Virus record (IMG/VR): IMGVR_UViG_3300033069_001603 | Span: 1,003 to 65,002 of that record | Length of the DNA: 64,000 nucleotides | Source of the DNA: a virus | Lineage: Duplodnaviria; Caudoviricetes | Strand: one strand, 5' to 3' | Shown: positions 45,876 through 55,735 of the stretch, piece after piece | How the letters are laid out: each line of letters starts with the position of its first letter | Position numbering within the stretch: position 1 is the first letter of the stretch | The notes under the pieces: model-generated | Seen by the model: only the letters and a program-made list of their open reading frames with translations | Database searches by the model: none | Told to the model about the DNA's origin: nothing | Position numbers and translations under genes: made by a program

Positions 45876-46319
45876 ATGAAACGTTTAATCCTAGCCTCTT
45901 TAATGCTTCTGCCAGCTTCGCTGTATGCAAGTAATAGTATAGACGTGCCTAACACTAAGTACACACCTGGCAGTGTTATAACAACAGACGTTAATACCGT
46001 ATGCCAACAAACATATCGCCCACCTACTATATCTGAAGCTACTAAAAAGAAAGCATCTGAATACTACGGTAAGATGCAATGTGCAACTAAAGGTTGCGAG
46101 TACGACATGCTTATAAGTGCAAACTTGGGCGGATCTAACGATATTAAAAACATTTGGGTACAACCATATGATGGCATATGGAATGTTACTGCAAAAAATA
46201 AACTCGAAGACAGATTACACCTTATGGTTTGTTCTAAACAAATGGAATTAGACGATGCACAGCACTTAATGCTTAATTGGAAAACATCATATTCTAGATA
46301 TTTTGGCACACCTCTTTAG
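45876..46319 (+). CDS. Secreted HNH-like protein, catalytic His apparently lost
   Basis: Signal peptide; EYDMLISANLGGSNDIKNIW..KNKLEDRLH..VC. Confidence 0.65.
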   Translation: MKRLILASLMLLPASLYASNSIDVPNTKYTPGSVITTDVNTVCQQTYRPPTISEATKKKASEYYGKMQCATKGCEYDMLISANLGGSNDIKNIWVQPYDGIWNVTAKNKLEDRLHLMVCSKQMELDDAQHLMLNWKTSYSRYFGTPL

Positions 46320-46327
46320 GAAACGAC

Positions 46328-46597
46328 GTGGACGAAAAGATATTAATGATATTTAAACTTAAAGGGTGGGATATCCCTGTGTTCGTAGTGAATTATGTTG
46401 CCGTATATAAATTATTAATTTCGAATAATTTAAGCGTATCGTTCGAGACCGGTATAAATGGAAGATATTTCATAGTTGGCGATTTTCAGATATTCCCTTT
46501 GCATTCTCTTAAGGAAAATAGATACACTATTATAAGCCAGACAAAGGAAGTAGATGTCGACTTAAACAAGGTAATTAATTATGTTAACAAACGTTGA
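46328..46597 (+). CDS. LKLK array protein
   Basis: ILMIFKLKGW. Confidence 0.6.
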   Translation: MDEKILMIFKLKGWDIPVFVVNYVAVYKLLISNNLSVSFETGINGRYFIVGDFQIFPLHSLKENRYTIISQTKEVDVDLNKVINYVNKR

Positions 46598-46886
46598 GTT
46601 GATGCAACTAAAATTAATAGGTGTTGACGTTGCTGCCGACGACTTGTACAAACTAAGATATCTAAAACTATACAACGCTTTAGTTGCTGCCGGATACAAT
46701 CCAAAATACTTCAAAGACAGCGATAAAGGGGAAATTGGCTTTGGTTTTAAAATTGGCAACTGTAGAATTTGGCCATCGCACACCCATCATAATAATTACG
46801 GTGTTTCCAGAGGAAATATTTACGAGAGAAGTAATTATAGAGATTTACAAGATATAGTTAACCTTTTAAATGAACTACAGCGATAA
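46581..46886 (+). CDS. LKLK array protein
   Basis: ELMQLKLIG. Confidence 0.65.
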   Translation: MLTNVELMQLKLIGVDVAADDLYKLRYLKLYNALVAAGYNPKYFKDSDKGEIGFGFKIGNCRIWPSHTHHNNYGVSRGNIYERSNYRDLQDIVNLLNELQR

Positions 46887-47226
46887 TCACATGTTAGTAG
46901 ATTTGCACATCATGAACTTAAAATTAAAACATGGAGGTTTTAAAGGCGAGGCGGAAATATACCAAAACAACATTAGAAAATTACTCATACTTCTATTAGA
47001 ATTAAATATTCCTATTTCGTATTCCGAAGAATCCCATATTGGTTTCGTAGTAGAAAATGTCATAATATATTCTAAAACCATAGATATCACAATATATTGT
47101 AACTATGATATAATCGACGGGTACAACGTATACCCTGGTCGCATATTTAAATACCAACCCTGTATTGAGAGATCGATCAGTTTAAACAAAATAAAGGAGA
47201 TATTATGTCCCTTAACAAAGAATTAA
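46870..47226 (+). CDS. LKLK array protein
   Basis: IMNLKLKHG. Confidence 0.65.
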   Translation: MNYSDNHMLVDLHIMNLKLKHGGFKGEAEIYQNNIRKLLILLLELNIPISYSEESHIGFVVENVIIYSKTIDITIYCNYDIIDGYNVYPGRIFKYQPCIERSISLNKIKEILCPLTKN

Positions 47227-47486
47227 TGCTTCTTAAAATCAAGCACCCAACTATACACAAAAATACCTTTAGGCGGATAACATTGCTTAACTGTTATTTT
47301 GATATTAAAATTATAGAAGTATTATCAAATAACAACGTATGTTGTAGGGTGAAAGACTGTTGGTTTGGCGTAGCTTCGAAGAAGATCTACTTTAGGTTTG
47401 TAATTAACATCGGGAATGAGATTAAAATGACTAGCAGTATCAAAGAAGCGATAAAGTTGATTAATAGTGAAAGCCGAACATCTTAA
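47205..47486 (+). CDS. LKLK array protein
   Basis: ELMLLKIKHP. Confidence 0.65.
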   Translation: MSLNKELMLLKIKHPTIHKNTFRRITLLNCYFDIKIIEVLSNNNVCCRVKDCWFGVASKKIYFRFVINIGNEIKMTSSIKEAIKLINSESRTS

Positions 47487-47721
47487 GTTGAAGTACGGTC
47501 ATATCATAGAAAATAATATGATCGGAAACATAAACGATGTAATAGGTGTTTTTGGCGAGCCTACTAATATCTCAAGGTTTGCCGAAAATATCATTGAGTT
47601 ATGGTTCGACAATTTTAAAATTGCAATATATTACGGGAACTATCTGTATAGATACTGTTTATTAGTCAAAGACGAAGAAATACAATATGATAACAGCTTA
47701 ATTAGGATATGGGAAACATGA
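47467..47721 (+). CDS. LKLK array protein
   Basis: EHLKLKYG...FGEP. Confidence 0.65.
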   Translation: MKAEHLKLKYGHIIENNMIGNINDVIGVFGEPTNISRFAENIIELWFDNFKIAIYYGNYLYRYCLLVKDEEIQYDNSLIRIWET

Positions 47722-48035
47722 CAAGCAAGAATGCAATGATGCTAGTATTACGATACAACCTACATCCGGAGACAGCCGAAGCTTGCGCGGAATTTGAAGA
47801 ATTTCTAATTGAAAACAATATAAAATACAAAACGCATATCGCAAGAAAGAGAATCTCTTTTTTAGACGATTACCATAATGCTTTAATTTTCGCTATATGC
47901 GACAAATATCTCACTCCTTCGTTTAAAAGTGGGCGTTTCGAACTTCGAAGTAAAGGGTTAAATAAAGTATCAATAATATCAGAAGTTGCAGCAAAACAAA
48001 TGGCACTAATGGAGTCTTATAAAAATGACAGCTAA
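47709..48035 (+). CDS. LKLK array protein
   Basis: AMMLVLRYN. Confidence 0.65.
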   Translation: MGNMTSKNAMMLVLRYNLHPETAEACAEFEEFLIENNIKYKTHIARKRISFLDDYHNALIFAICDKYLTPSFKSGRFELRSKGLNKVSIISEVAAKQMALMESYKNDS

Positions 48036-48315
48036 AGCCATGACATTAAAAATTAAATATCCTTTTCTTAAAGAAGAAGACATTACTTTATTCTTGCCTA
48101 TTGTAGATATTTTTGATCAACTACATATTAAGTACCATTGCGGCGAAGGTTTTCACGGACGTTATGTGGGCGACGAATACACCCATATATACAACGTAAG
48201 AGGTCAGTATAAAGTATTCGTTAACGGAGGTAAAAATATAAAATCGGAATACACAACTAATGAACGTAAAATGGAAATAATCAGAGATACAATCAGAGAT
48301 AACCATGCAACCTGA
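48025..48315 (+). CDS. LKLK array protein
   Basis: AMTLKIKYP. Confidence 0.65.
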   Translation: MTAKAMTLKIKYPFLKEEDITLFLPIVDIFDQLHIKYHCGEGFHGRYVGDEYTHIYNVRGQYKVFVNGGKNIKSEYTTNERKMEIIRDTIRDNHAT

Positions 48316-48592
48316 TACCTACAGAATGATGATTAAATTAAAACATAATACTGACTTAAAAGCAGAGTACAACGTCGAAAGCATCATACTACTGGAAAAA
48401 GAATTAACTAGGAATAATATATCATATAATGTATATTATTCGACTGACGGCTTGTTTTATTTTACAGTTGGTGAAATTTCACTTTTCCCTGTTATGTCTA
48501 ATTGCGGGTTTAACATATACAATAAGAGAGTGAGACTTAAGAGCACAGCCGATGTCGATTATGTAATTAAGTTTATACAAAATCATGTTTAG
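48305..48592 (+). CDS. LKLK array protein
   Basis: MMIKLKHN. Confidence 0.65.
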   Translation: MQPDTYRMMIKLKHNTDLKAEYNVESIILLEKELTRNNISYNVYYSTDGLFYFTVGEISLFPVMSNCGFNIYNKRVRLKSTADVDYVIKFIQNHV

Positions 48593-48911
48593 GCAAATAT
48601 CAAAAGAAGCAACCTTAATTAAGTTACAGCACGGCTGTCCTAGAATTGCTGCCAAACAGGTTGCACTAGTTAAAACCTTCGTTGATATCTTAGACGTATC
48701 TATTGCGGGTAAACAATCATACCTAACATTAGACTTAAGATATTCTATAATAACAAACAGCAACAGAAAATATAAAATCTTAAGGCTTGACAATTACGGT
48801 AACATCGATGTTTTTGTAAGTTCTTATTCTTTTAAATTTGTACTTGGTCACATGTTAAAGCATAACTATTTAAAGAAGTTCGTGAAATGCACACCGACAT
48901 CTACAAAATGA
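48585..48911 (+). CDS. LKLK array protein
   Basis: ATLIKLQHG. Confidence 0.6.
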   Translation: MFRQISKEATLIKLQHGCPRIAAKQVALVKTFVDILDVSIAGKQSYLTLDLRYSIITNSNRKYKILRLDNYGNIDVFVSSYSFKFVLGHMLKHNYLKKFVKCTPTSTK

Positions 48912-49168
48912 TGATTAAATTAGAAACGGGGGAAGAGTTAAACCCGCACCTTCTTGTCGAACAAGTAATTGATTTTGAATCTAGATTAAACAATAATAAC
49001 ATACCTTTCTCGCGAAGTTTAGCAGATAGTATATTGGGTTTTCACGTAGACAAATATGTTATTTACCCCGTAATACAAAGAAAAGGTTTTAACTTATATT
49101 TGGACAGTATGCGAATTTATAACTGTGTTACTGTCGAAGAAGTAATGGAGTTATTAAGTGAAAGTTAA
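48887..49168 (+). CDS. LKLK array protein
   Basis: MMIKLETG; similar to 48305. Confidence 0.65.
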   Translation: MHTDIYKMMIKLETGEELNPHLLVEQVIDFESRLNNNNIPFSRSLADSILGFHVDKYVIYPVIQRKGFNLYLDSMRIYNCVTVEEVMELLSES

Positions 49169-49514
49169 CAAAGAACTTAACAGCAGAATAAGAAAAGAAG
49201 CAATGGCTATAAAATTAGTACACAATATGCCGAAGTATGTATGTCTTAGAGCAGCAATTATAATTCAGGTAGGCGGCATATCAATTGATAATATGAATGT
49301 AGATGGCGAGTATATTGATTTTACAGTAAACAACAATACAGTAATATCCGCTACGGCTTCTGACGATTTTGATAATTATTATCAACGATCAATGTACTGC
49401 GGGTTCGACGATTCATTGTCTTCTTTACGTGACGGAAGCAAATGTATGGTCTATGTATCGTTTAAAATAATTTTTAAATTATTACAAGAGAGAATAGAAA
49501 ACAATGTCAACTAG
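49158..49514 (+). CDS. LKLK array protein
   Basis: AMAIKLVHN. Confidence 0.6.
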   Translation: MKVNKELNSRIRKEAMAIKLVHNMPKYVCLRAAIIIQVGGISIDNMNVDGEYIDFTVNNNTVISATASDDFDNYYQRSMYCGFDDSLSSLRDGSKCMVYVSFKIIFKLLQERIENNVN

Positions 49515-49776
49515 AAAAATGACATTGAAACTTAAATACGGCTTAAAGGACTGTTTGCTCGATCCTCTAGAATTAATAACGGATAAGTTCGGGGAACCGA
49601 AAAAAGTCATCGACCTTTACGGTCAAATACATCTTTATTATGATCAGTGCATAATTTTTTATAGAACTAGCTCAACATATAACGGAAATGTATACTTTTT
49701 TAATAAGCATATGGGATCCGTAACAAAAACAACATACAACATAAACGAACTTATATCTTGGATTGAACAAAGTTGA
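49504..49776 (+). CDS. LKLK array protein
   Basis: MSTRKMTLKLKYG...FGEP. Confidence 0.7.
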   Translation: MSTRKMTLKLKYGLKDCLLDPLELITDKFGEPKKVIDLYGQIHLYYDQCIIFYRTSSTYNGNVYFFNKHMGSVTKTTYNINELISWIEQS

Positions 49777-49801
49777 CAACTTGCCATTAATATGTTAATA
49801 T
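49773..49801 (+). promoter_or_regulatory. sigma70 promoter
   Basis: TTGACA-17-TAATAT. Confidence 0.7.
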
Positions 49802-49820
49802 TTGCCATAGGATAGCAAAA

Positions 49821-50123
49821 ATGGATATACGTGCCCACTTAACCCTAAGAATTGGTAACTTTTCTGAACCGGATTTAAGCGACGATGTTCTTAAAGACAT
49901 ATACAGTATAATGTGCATACTAGATAGCGAAAACATCAAGTACGGAATTGTAGTCGACCACAGTGAATATTTAGACTGTGACACAGACAGATTCATTATG
50001 TTTATTGTTGGCAAAGACGAGCTATATATTACAGCAGAAGGGAAGTACCTTAGTAACATTGGATCTTTAAACAAAGAAGAATTCTTAGAGTATTGCCGTG
50101 AACAAAACAAAAATGTATCTTAA
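49821..50123 (+). CDS. LKLK array protein
   Basis: AHLTLRIG. Confidence 0.65.
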   Translation: MDIRAHLTLRIGNFSEPDLSDDVLKDIYSIMCILDSENIKYGIVVDHSEYLDCDTDRFIMFIVGKDELYITAEGKYLSNIGSLNKEEFLEYCREQNKNVS

Positions 50124-50370
50124 ACTTCTAGGTGCTGACAATTTCGAATTAGAAACATGGTACTGCCATTGGAATCAAGTTGAGCACCTCATGTTAACAC
50201 TCGGCGATAATAACATATCTTATATTTTTCGTATATCAGGTTTCAACCATGTGTACTTAGAAGCGAATGACAAGATGATATTTTTATCTTCCGATGGCCA
50301 CTTTATAAGTGGCGGTGCGATATATAATTCTGTCCCGGATTTATTAAAGGGAATTAAACGTGAACAATGA
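50098..50370 (+). CDS. LKLK array protein
   Basis: MYLKLLGA. Confidence 0.65.
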   Translation: MNKTKMYLKLLGADNFELETWYCHWNQVEHLMLTLGDNNISYIFRISGFNHVYLEANDKMIFLSSDGHFISGGAIYNSVPDLLKGIKREQ

Positions 50371-50656
50371 TAACTTAAAATCGCATCTTATTTTACTCGG
50401 TGTAAGTGCAGCCGAGATACAAAACAACTTCAGCTGTTTTTTAAGATTAGTTAATCTGTTAAAGAAGAAAAATATACAATACGATATATTAGAATACAAC
50501 AACGGATGGATTTGTGTACATTTCAACGGTCACTTATTATCAATGCACGACGGTATATATTTTGAAGTATCAGATTCTCTCCACCGAGGAGAGATTACAG
50601 AATTTAACGGCACATATACGCAACTTAAAAACATGTTGGATAAACTAAGTGATTGA
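50360..50656 (+). CDS. LKLK array protein
   Basis: SHLILLGV. Confidence 0.65.
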   Translation: MNNDNLKSHLILLGVSAAEIQNNFSCFLRLVNLLKKKNIQYDILEYNNGWICVHFNGHLLSMHDGIYFEVSDSLHRGEITEFNGTYTQLKNMLDKLSD

Positions 50657-50948
50657 ATTAATGTTACTTAAATTAAAATACCCTTTTTTAAACGATAGTA
50701 ATAAAGATATTATCGTACAAGTAATTACAGATCTAGGTGAACCCTTAGAGATAATATATTACCCGCATAGAAGAAATGATTTAGATTTCGTGTACGAATG
50801 GGGAACATTTCAAAGATACTTGAGCGAATTCAAAAGAAAAAACGATACACACGATAGTCATTATTATTCTTATCGTGGCGATCCCAGACTTTACCCGTAT
50901 AACTTAGCTATAACCGAAGGTTTTGAAAAATGTCAACTGCGAAGATGA
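50649..50948 (+). CDS. LKLK array protein
   Basis: ELMLLKLKYP...LGEP. Confidence 0.7.
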   Translation: MIELMLLKLKYPFLNDSNKDIIVQVITDLGEPLEIIYYPHRRNDLDFVYEWGTFQRYLSEFKRKNDTHDSHYYSYRGDPRLYPYNLAITEGFEKCQLRR

Positions 50949-51208
50949 TGTTTAAAGTTAAACATCCGACATTAACATCTGATGATATAGATGTTATATT
51001 TCAAGTATACGATTCTTTAGGCGACAATTGTATTATAGAAGTGCATAACCTTGCATGTATAATTAATTACGGTCCGTTTGCTTTAGTCTATAATCGAAAA
51101 ACAAAATACTACTATTCTAACATTCATTTTAAGTTGTCACTGGTGCTTTTAGATATTATAACAGAGTTAAAACCATATGTTGTCACCGACAAAAGAAATG
51201 TTACTTAA
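50930..51208 (+). CDS. LKLK array protein
   Basis: MSTAKMMFKVKHP. Confidence 0.7.
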   Translation: MSTAKMMFKVKHPTLTSDDIDVIFQVYDSLGDNCIIEVHNLACIINYGPFALVYNRKTKYYYSNIHFKLSLVLLDIITELKPYVVTDKRNVT

Positions 51209-51446
51209 AATTAAATATGGCGACATGCCTTACGGTGTGTATGATGACATATTGTATATTATAGAGGAACTGGGCGAACCAGATGACATAACATTTCAAG
51301 GAAATGACAAAATTAAATTTAAGATGCACTACGGCAAATATGCTATAGAAAGATATTATACGGGTTATAGTCATAGTCGAACCTTGAAGTTTATGAGTAT
51401 ATATGAAACAATTGAGGATTTTAAAATATGTCAACTTCAGCAATGA
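51177..51446 (+). CDS. LKLK array protein
   Basis: EMLLKIKYG...LGEP. Confidence 0.7.
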   Translation: MLSPTKEMLLKIKYGDMPYGVYDDILYIIEELGEPDDITFQGNDKIKFKMHYGKYAIERYYTGYSHSRTLKFMSIYETIEDFKICQLQQ

Positions 51447-51721
51447 TATTAAAAATAAAGTATCCTGCTTTTCCACCTATGTATTTTAGCGACTTAATTA
51501 AGATAGATGCTTTTGCAAATAAACATAACCTTAACATAGTCATTCAAACCGCCACGCGTGGATGGTCATATGTAGTTCATTTATATTACAGCAAACAGCA
51601 TAAGAATTATATTGCGCACGGAAAACAATCGAAAAATTATACTTGTCACGGCAATAACTTTTCGTATTCGCTCGAAGACATTCTAGCAGTGATAGAGAAA
51701 GATTTATGTCAACTAAATTAA
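51428..51721 (+). CDS. LKLK array protein
   Basis: MSTSAMILKIKYP. Confidence 0.7.
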   Translation: MSTSAMILKIKYPAFPPMYFSDLIKIDAFANKHNLNIVIQTATRGWSYVVHLYYSKQHKNYIAHGKQSKNYTCHGNNFSYSLEDILAVIEKDLCQLN

Positions 51722-51969
51722 TGATGCTTAAATTAAAATATCCTAATTTAAAAGAATGCAACTTTGATTTTGCATTAACTGTTATTGGGGAATTAGGCGA
51801 ACCTTTAAAAGTAACTGATGATCTTGACTGGTGTCGATTACATTACGGAAAAGGTACACAAATACAAAGATTCAACCTCGACGGAAGGTATAGTTACAGC
51901 AGTTCTACTAGGTTTTGCAACCTACAACAAGCAATAGACGTTTGTAAAGAAAAATTAGGTATAGTTTAA
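51706..51969 (+). CDS. LKLK array protein
   Basis: MSTKLMMLKLKYP...LGEP. Confidence 0.7.
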   Translation: MSTKLMMLKLKYPNLKECNFDFALTVIGELGEPLKVTDDLDWCRLHYGKGTQIQRFNLDGRYSYSSSTRFCNLQQAIDVCKEKLGIV

Positions 51970-52235
51970 TGTCAACTTACGCAATAGCAGCAAAGCTTAA
52001 ATATAAAGACCTACCAGAGAACGTTCTCGATAACGTTGGACGAATATTGTCTGCTGCTGGCGAACCCGTAGGGGTAGAATACGACTACCGCCACAAGACA
52101 TTTGATATGTTCTACAACGAAGATAGAACAAAATATATAATTGTATTTTTTTCGGGGCGGATAGCAATACGGAACCGAGAAATTACAGAAGATTTAAACG
52201 ACATAATAGATGTCATAAGGGGGTATCGTGAATAA
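51969..52235 (+). CDS. LKLK array protein
   Basis: MSTYAIAAKLKYK...AGEP. Confidence 0.7.
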   Translation: MSTYAIAAKLKYKDLPENVLDNVGRILSAAGEPVGVEYDYRHKTFDMFYNEDRTKYIIVFFSGRIAIRNREITEDLNDIIDVIRGYRE

Positions 52236-52530
52236 AACCGAAGAGATGGTATTAAAGATTAAATATCCAGATGTACCGCATTATTTTTTACGGGAATACG
52301 GTTTTCTCACCTCTGTATTCCCAAACAGCCGACACGACATAAGAGTTGAAGGAAAAAGTTTAAGTTTACATGTTTGCTTAGAAAATATGTGCATTGAAGT
52401 TACAATTAAACGCAACAATCTTTATACTAACTATATAACACACGATTACAGAAATGAATCGCACAGAACAATTGAGTTCTACCATTTTAAAGAACATTTA
52501 CTGGGCATTGTATGTCAACAGAATCAATGA
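52228..52530 (+). CDS. LKLK array protein
   Basis: EMVLKIKYP. Confidence 0.7.
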   Translation: MNKTEEMVLKIKYPDVPHYFLREYGFLTSVFPNSRHDIRVEGKSLSLHVCLENMCIEVTIKRNNLYTNYITHDYRNESHRTIEFYHFKEHLLGIVCQQNQ

Positions 52531-52787
52531 TATTAAAATTAAAGTATCCTATGATACCATCTTCTATATGTGATAATATATCCGTGTTATTTAATTCATT
52601 AGGGGAACCTAAAGAAATACACTACAATCGAAATGTAATACAGTTCTTTTACGGCGACAGGTTTGTTTTTGAATACTGGGTAATGCGGGAAGAATATTCA
52701 CACAATTTCATGCTCAAGTACGATGACTTTCATACCGTACTTGATAATTTTTGCAGATACACGGATATTAAATGTCAACCGAATTAA
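52512..52787 (+). CDS. LKLK array protein
   Basis: MSTESMILKLKYP...LGEP. Confidence 0.7.
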   Translation: MSTESMILKLKYPMIPSSICDNISVLFNSLGEPKEIHYNRNVIQFFYGDRFVFEYWVMREEYSHNFMLKYDDFHTVLDNFCRYTDIKCQPN

Positions 52788-53056
52788 TGTTACTTAAATT
52801 AAAATATCCCGTAAAGGATATATACATTGCTGACTTGCAATACATTATATCCGAGTTAGGTGAGCCAGAGATGTACTCGCAAACAAATGGCAGACTAATG
52901 TTAATATATAGTGTATATTTTGATATTAGGTTATACGATTTAACAAAAGGCAACCAATATAAATATACTGGTTGGGGTTGTACTTCTACTAATAACTTAG
53001 ACGATGTACTAAAGGTAATAAAGAAAAAATTATATGCCAGCAAAAATGGTATTTAA
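52772..53056 (+). CDS. LKLK array protein
   Basis: MSTELMLLKLKYP...LGEP. Confidence 0.7.
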   Translation: MSTELMLLKLKYPVKDIYIADLQYIISELGEPEMYSQTNGRLMLIYSVYFDIRLYDLTKGNQYKYTGWGCTSTNNLDDVLKVIKKKLYASKNGI

Positions 53057-53306
53057 AATTAAACATCCAACATTGACATCTGACGAGATAGATGTTATAT
53101 TTCAGGTATACAATATACTTGGAATTGGCACACTACATGTATCGGAAACAATGTACACAATAACATATAATAACATGTTTAGTTTTGTTTGCCATAGAAT
53201 TTTTAAAGAATACGCAAGTACAGAGGGCTCGGGTGTCACCGAAGACCCGCATGTTATAATTGAAGAGATCCTGCTATGTCAACAGAAACGATGCTACTTA
53301 AATTAA
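53034..53306 (+). CDS. LKLK array protein
   Basis: MVFKIKHPTLTSDEID. Confidence 0.7.
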   Translation: MPAKMVFKIKHPTLTSDEIDVIFQVYNILGIGTLHVSETMYTITYNNMFSFVCHRIFKEYASTEGSGVTEDPHVIIEEILLCQQKRCYLN

Positions 53307-53536
53307 AACGTCCCGATATTAAAGAATATGCATTGTCTCCGATTTCTGAGATGTTAAAGATACTTGACATTACCGAAGTTATAATAGACTCGAACAAAGC
53401 AAGGACACTGTTAATGTATAAGGGTACAACTTTTCAAATATTTCCAAACAAATCTTTTAGTTGGTATGGTTACCCTGATATAGTTTACAACATTAACCAG
53501 TTAATGCAGCTATGGCAAACATGTCAACTGAATTAA
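53276..53536 (+). CDS. LKLK array protein
   Basis: MSTETMLLKLKRP. Confidence 0.7.
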   Translation: MSTETMLLKLKRPDIKEYALSPISEMLKILDITEVIIDSNKARTLLMYKGTTFQIFPNKSFSWYGYPDIVYNINQLMQLWQTCQLN

Positions 53537-53799
53537 TGATGCTTAAATTAAAATACCCCGTCAGTGAAGTTTACTTAAAGAGCCTAGACTGTATTGTTAA
53601 TGCACTCGGCGAACCCGATATGTATATTGAATCAAAAAACAAACTTGTTATAAGGTACGGGCATAACGGAAGGTACTATGATATAAGAATATATTGCGAG
53701 TCTGACAATACTTTGACTTACATTTGTCACGGAGCACATTGTAGAAATTTAAATTTTGTCATACGTGCAATGACGGGGAATTTATGTCAACTGAATTAA
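53521..53799 (+). CDS. LKLK array protein
   Basis: MSTELMMLKLKYP...LGEP. Confidence 0.7.
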   Translation: MSTELMMLKLKYPVSEVYLKSLDCIVNALGEPDMYIESKNKLVIRYGHNGRYYDIRIYCESDNTLTYICHGAHCRNLNFVIRAMTGNLCQLN

Positions 53800-54089
53800 T
53801 GTTGCTTAAATTTAAATACTGCTTCTTATCGGAAGAAGAATTAATATTTGTACAAAAAGCCGTAAAGGATTTAAATTGTGGCGAATCATATAGGGTTGAA
53901 ATAAATCGAGAAGTAATAGAGATAATATATGAGAACATTGGATTTCAAAGATATAATTGCGGTGACGTTTACAAGTATTCGACTTGGTATAGTCCAATGC
54001 TTCTCAATTACGACGATGCAATAAATAAGTTCAAAGAATTGTATAAACGTGGTGGTGCACCAGAGGAAATAATATTCAATGAAGGCTGA
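53784..54089 (+). CDS. LKLK array protein
   Basis: MSTELMLLKFKY. Confidence 0.7.
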   Translation: MSTELMLLKFKYCFLSEEELIFVQKAVKDLNCGESYRVEINREVIEIIYENIGFQRYNCGDVYKYSTWYSPMLLNYDDAINKFKELYKRGGAPEEIIFNEG

Positions 54090-54357
54090 ATTAATGATAC
54101 TTAAATTAAAGCACCCGCAGCTTAATAAATATGAGATTAAGAGACTTTGGCTTATTTCTAAATTTACTACAATAAATCACATCGAAATAGACGAAGATTA
54201 CTGTGTCCTTGCACATTTAATCAATGACGATTATATTGATATTACATACGACCCAAGCGAAAAAACTATGGTCAGGTATATGATATTTTTTACCGGTAAA
54301 GGAATAAATAGAAAATCTAATCGTCTTAAAGACATATTAACTTTAATAAAACGGTGA
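54079..54357 (+). CDS. LKLK array protein
   Basis: ELMILKLKHP. Confidence 0.7.
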   Translation: MKAELMILKLKHPQLNKYEIKRLWLISKFTTINHIEIDEDYCVLAHLINDDYIDITYDPSEKTMVRYMIFFTGKGINRKSNRLKDILTLIKR

Positions 54358-54362
54358 CTTAT

Positions 54363-54686
54363 ATGTCAGCTGAATTAATGGTGCTTAAATTAAAGTATCC
54401 AGATGTGCCAGAATATGACTTACCTTTTGTGCTGCAGGTTATAAACGACTTAGGTGCGGGATTACCAGTTAAAATAAGAAGATATACTTCTAAGTGCGAT
54501 CTAGAAATTATTTATGATTTCGGAGGGTTCCAAAGATACACACATCGACCCGACGATAGGATTTATGCTGTTTGGTTTTCTAGTTATTATTGTACATATA
54601 ACGAAGCAATTAATATGTTTAAAAAATTACAAACAAATGTAGGTAGTGGCAGTTTACTAACTTATAAGAAATACAATGTCAACTAA
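54363..54686 (+). CDS. LKLK array protein
   Basis: MSAELMVLKLKYP. Confidence 0.7.
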   Translation: MSAELMVLKLKYPDVPEYDLPFVLQVINDLGAGLPVKIRRYTSKCDLEIIYDFGGFQRYTHRPDDRIYAVWFSSYYCTYNEAINMFKKLQTNVGSGSLLTYKKYNVN

Positions 54687-54942
54687 ATTAATGTTTGGTA
54701 AACTAAAGTACCCTCATATACCAGAGGATGCACTGTTGGAATTTATAGATATCGTCAGTGCTCTTGGCGAACCAATTGACGTTTTATACAGCGGTAAAAA
54801 TAACCGTTTAGTCTTACGATATGATACAATGGAAATTTGTATATTTGTAAAATGCCCGGTAATTTATAGTCGTTATTCGCTATCTGGGTACGGATTAATA
54901 GACAAATTAGAAGAGTTGATTAAACATGCAAAAAAATGTTAG
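54676..54942 (+). CDS. LKLK array protein
   Basis: MSTKLMFGKLKYP...LGEP. Confidence 0.7.
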   Translation: MSTKLMFGKLKYPHIPEDALLEFIDIVSALGEPIDVLYSGKNNRLVLRYDTMEICIFVKCPVIYSRYSLSGYGLIDKLEELIKHAKKC

Positions 54943-55231
54943 AACGATGATGCTCAGATTACAATACCCCGATGTTGTAATACCTAACGAATTACAAGAT
55001 GACCTAGAACGATTTTTAGAATGTTTCCCTCAGTTTAAAAGAGTTCTTAACAACTGGAGTTTTAGTATTTTCAAATCTAGAATATCTTTGTCTTACCCAA
55101 AATTTAAAATAGATATTAGAAGGGAAACCCACTATACAGTATTCACCGTATATAATTCCAAAGGTAACAGATACGAATTTAGAAGAAGAAACGCGGCAAT
55201 ACTGTTTATTAAAGAAACGGGACTGTATTAA
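54926..55231 (+). CDS. LKLK array protein
   Basis: MMLRLQYP. Confidence 0.65.
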   Translation: MQKNVRTMMLRLQYPDVVIPNELQDDLERFLECFPQFKRVLNNWSFSIFKSRISLSYPKFKIDIRRETHYTVFTVYNSKGNRYEFRRRNAAILFIKETGLY

Positions 55232-55233
55232 AG

Positions 55234-55262
55234 TTGACAAAGCGACTAACGTGTGCTAAACT
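55234..55262 (+). promoter_or_regulatory. sigma70 promoter
   Basis: TTGACA-17-TAAACT. Confidence 0.7.
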
Positions 55263-55294
55263 AACGCAAGTTTAATACATTTTAGGTTCAGATT

Positions 55295-55735
55295 ATGCAT
55301 CGGGAAACTACATTAAACGCCAGAACATATCACATTCATATGTTTCGTTATACTCACTTTAACGGTACGAAATGCTGGATTACTACAAACTATAAAAACC
55401 CACAATTCGAAACATACTACGAAATTCACCATGTTTTAAAACATACCTATTTAAAACACGAACTTACGGTTAATTCCAAACTTAAACATAAGACAACTCA
55501 AGCTATATTAAATGATTTAATTAAATACGTTGCACCAACGCATATTAAAAACATCCAGTATAATTATTACAAAATTGATATAACCCAGATAGAAACAGTA
55601 AATCACTTCGAAAATATGCTCCGCCGATATATAAATACCGACCCACTAGTACATGTGGGAAATTATATACATAAACGTGTATCCACTATACAACATTACA
55701 ATGGCATCATATTTAAAAACGGTGTAGTAGTATGA
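55295..55735 (+). CDS. Hypothetical His/Tyr-rich protein (no LKLK motif)
   Basis: 146 aa, first gene after promoter. Confidence 0.55.
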   Translation: MHRETTLNARTYHIHMFRYTHFNGTKCWITTNYKNPQFETYYEIHHVLKHTYLKHELTVNSKLKHKTTQAILNDLIKYVAPTHIKNIQYNYYKIDITQIETVNHFENMLRRYINTDPLVHVGNYIHKRVSTIQHYNGIIFKNGVVV

